DNA of 64,000 nucleotides from Fistulifera solaris (Eukaryota): contig AP026135.1 in assembly GCA_030295235.1 (NCBI GenBank), positions 496,001 to 560,000 of the forward strand, written 5' to 3'. Every line of letters begins with the position of its first letter. The first letter of the stretch is position 1. The position numbers were made by a program, and so were the translations under genes. Under the pieces are notes generated by a model. The model saw only the letters and a list, made by a program, of their open reading frames with translations. It ran no database searches and was not told the origin of the DNA. Of the stretch, positions 62,620 through 64,000 are shown piece after piece.

Positions 62620-64000
62620 ATGATAGAACTCACGCAGCAGTCATACGATGACTTACAGCCACAAAGATGCCTCAATCCTCGACAACAAAGTGGTATCCGA
62701 TCGGTAAAACGGATACGAAACAATTCGTATCGTTCTTATTCTTATTTACTCCTCGCGGCTCTTTTGATTGTACCTACAAAAGCTTTTCAACCGTACAAAT
62801 ATTCTCCTCTCTTTACATCATCTGTGAAACGAAACATGGTCCTCAATACCCCGGAATCCATTATCGAACAAGCATCGACACAATATTTACTTGACTATTT
62901 AATCGATGAGAGCGTCCGAACCAGCGCTAGACGACCCATTATGATGCAATTCGACCCCAGCAGTGGCTGGATCTGGAAACGATGGAAAGGAACGATCTTT
63001 TCCGAAACGTGGGATTCGTGTGTTGCCAAGATGGTCTACGCGTGCCTCGTCTTTGTATTGTGCCGGACGTATCCGAGTACCGTCAAAGAAACCCTGTCAG
63101 GGTTTCACATCTTGTGGGGGCAATTACTTTCGGTCACGACTTTTACCTTGACTTTCTTTGTCAATCAATCGTATGCACTATGGAGAAAATGTTACGATCT
63201 GAGTCGTCGCTTGCAAGGAAGGCTACACGATATGGATATGACCTTGGCGGTACATGCCGTCCGGCAGCAGAGCAGTGACCCGTATGCGCCCACAAAATAC
63301 ACCAAAGAGAGTCGACAATTGCTGCAAGTTGTCGCACGTTGGGTGCGCTTGTTTAATTTGCTTACGTACGCATCTTTTACCCGATCGCATAGACCGATCT
63401 TGACCCCCATGGGAATGCGACGACTGGTCGAGCGAGGGTTAATGACACCCGAAGAACGCGTAATTTTGACGGAAAGCAAGCTTCCGGCGACACAGCGACA
63501 CAATGCTGTCTTGCTTTGGATTATGAGAGCCTTTGTGGAAGGTAGAGAAGCAGGTTTGTTTACGGGGGGTGCTGGTTTTGAAGATCAATTTTTGGAAAAG
63601 GCGCACGTGACGCGCGCGTCGTATGGAGCTATTGGCGATGAACTGCATGGACGAATGCCTCTGGCGTATACGCACATCGTACAAGTGTTGGTCGACTTGG
63701 TGCTTTGGATGTATCCGCTCATGGCGTTCTCGTCGGGGATGTCGGGTTTGCTTTGTGTGCTGGGTACGGGTTTGCTGACGATTGGTTATCAAGGATTGTT
63801 CGATCTTGCCAAACAGTTCCTGGATCCATACGACAATGAGTCGTACGGTAAAGGGGAAGATCCATTGATGGTGGACACCTTGATTGCCGAGTCGAATGCA
63901 GGTTCCGTGCGATGGATGCACAGTTTGGATCAATTTCCGATTTCTTCGGCTCGAGTGAAGGCTGGTATGCTGGAGGACAGCATCTTTCCGCTCAGGGGTT
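62620..64000 (+). CDS. Bestrophin-family anion channel, probably plastid-targeted; runs off the window end (absent from the ORF track)
   Basis: Open frame from ATG 62620 to the window end: LLLAALLIVPTKA-FQP, LTFFVNQSYALWRK, RMPLAYTHIVQVLVD, GYQGLFDLAKQFLDPYDNE. Confidence 0.8.
   Translation, partial: MIELTQQSYDDLQPQRCLNPRQQSGIRSVKRIRNNSYRSYSYLLLAALLIVPTKAFQPYKYSPLFTSSVKRNMVLNTPESIIEQASTQYLLDYLIDESVRTSARRPIMMQFDPSSGWIWKRWKGTIFSETWDSCVAKMVYACLVFVLCRTYPSTVKETLSGFHILWGQLLSVTTFTLTFFVNQSYALWRKCYDLSRRLQGRLHDMDMTLAVHAVRQQSSDPYAPTKYTKESRQLLQVVARWVRLFNLLTYASFTRSHRPILTPMGMRRLVERGLMTPEERVILTESKLPATQRHNAVLLWIMRAFVEGREAGLFTGGAGFEDQFLEKAHVTRASYGAIGDELHGRMPLAYTHIVQVLVDLVLWMYPLMAFSSGMSGLLCVLGTGLLTIGYQGLFDLAKQFLDPYDNESYGKGEDPLMVDTLIAESNAGSVRWMHSLDQFPISSARVKAGMLEDSIFPLRG

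Noticed and set aside
62667..63933. Short ORFs listed at the window end
   Set aside because: Alternative frames overlapping the open bestrophin frame starting at 62620.

Overview
Gene-dense nuclear DNA of a eukaryote, almost certainly a diatom and probably a pennate one. Support: stramenopile/diatom-type 18S-5.8S-28S rDNA, ASAFAP-type bipartite plastid presequences, few short GT-AG introns, and DNMT5. The consensus is imperfectly polished: many conserved genes are split by 1-nt indels, mostly in homopolymer runs, so several ORF-track fragments join into single genes. Contents in order: a 3'-truncated ACBP + PLP aminotransferase + TM hairpin + fatty-acyl-CoA-reductase fusion, a secreted Pro/Val/Ala-repeat protein, an FHA protein, an SGNH/PC-esterase-like protein, a membrane protein, an alpha/beta hydrolase, a full-length young Ty3/gypsy LTR retrotransposon (12798-18132, TSD GGAGA), an LCMT-GNAT fusion, plastid APS reductase, an ABCC transporter, GT34, a TLDc protein, one isolated rDNA unit, UNG, isopentenyl phosphate kinase, Tudor-DNMT5-SNF2, a DEK-C/SWIB protein, a Zn-finger protein, a 2OG-Fe(II) oxygenase-like protein, PCID2, ADAT1 (in-frame TGA), an STN1/RPA2-like protein, pelota, dephospho-CoA kinase and a 3'-truncated bestrophin. 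The best candidate for an undescribed system is the ACBP-aminotransferase-reductase fusion, a putative one-polypeptide acyl-CoA to fatty-amine enzyme. All calls are by motif recognition only; no searches were run.
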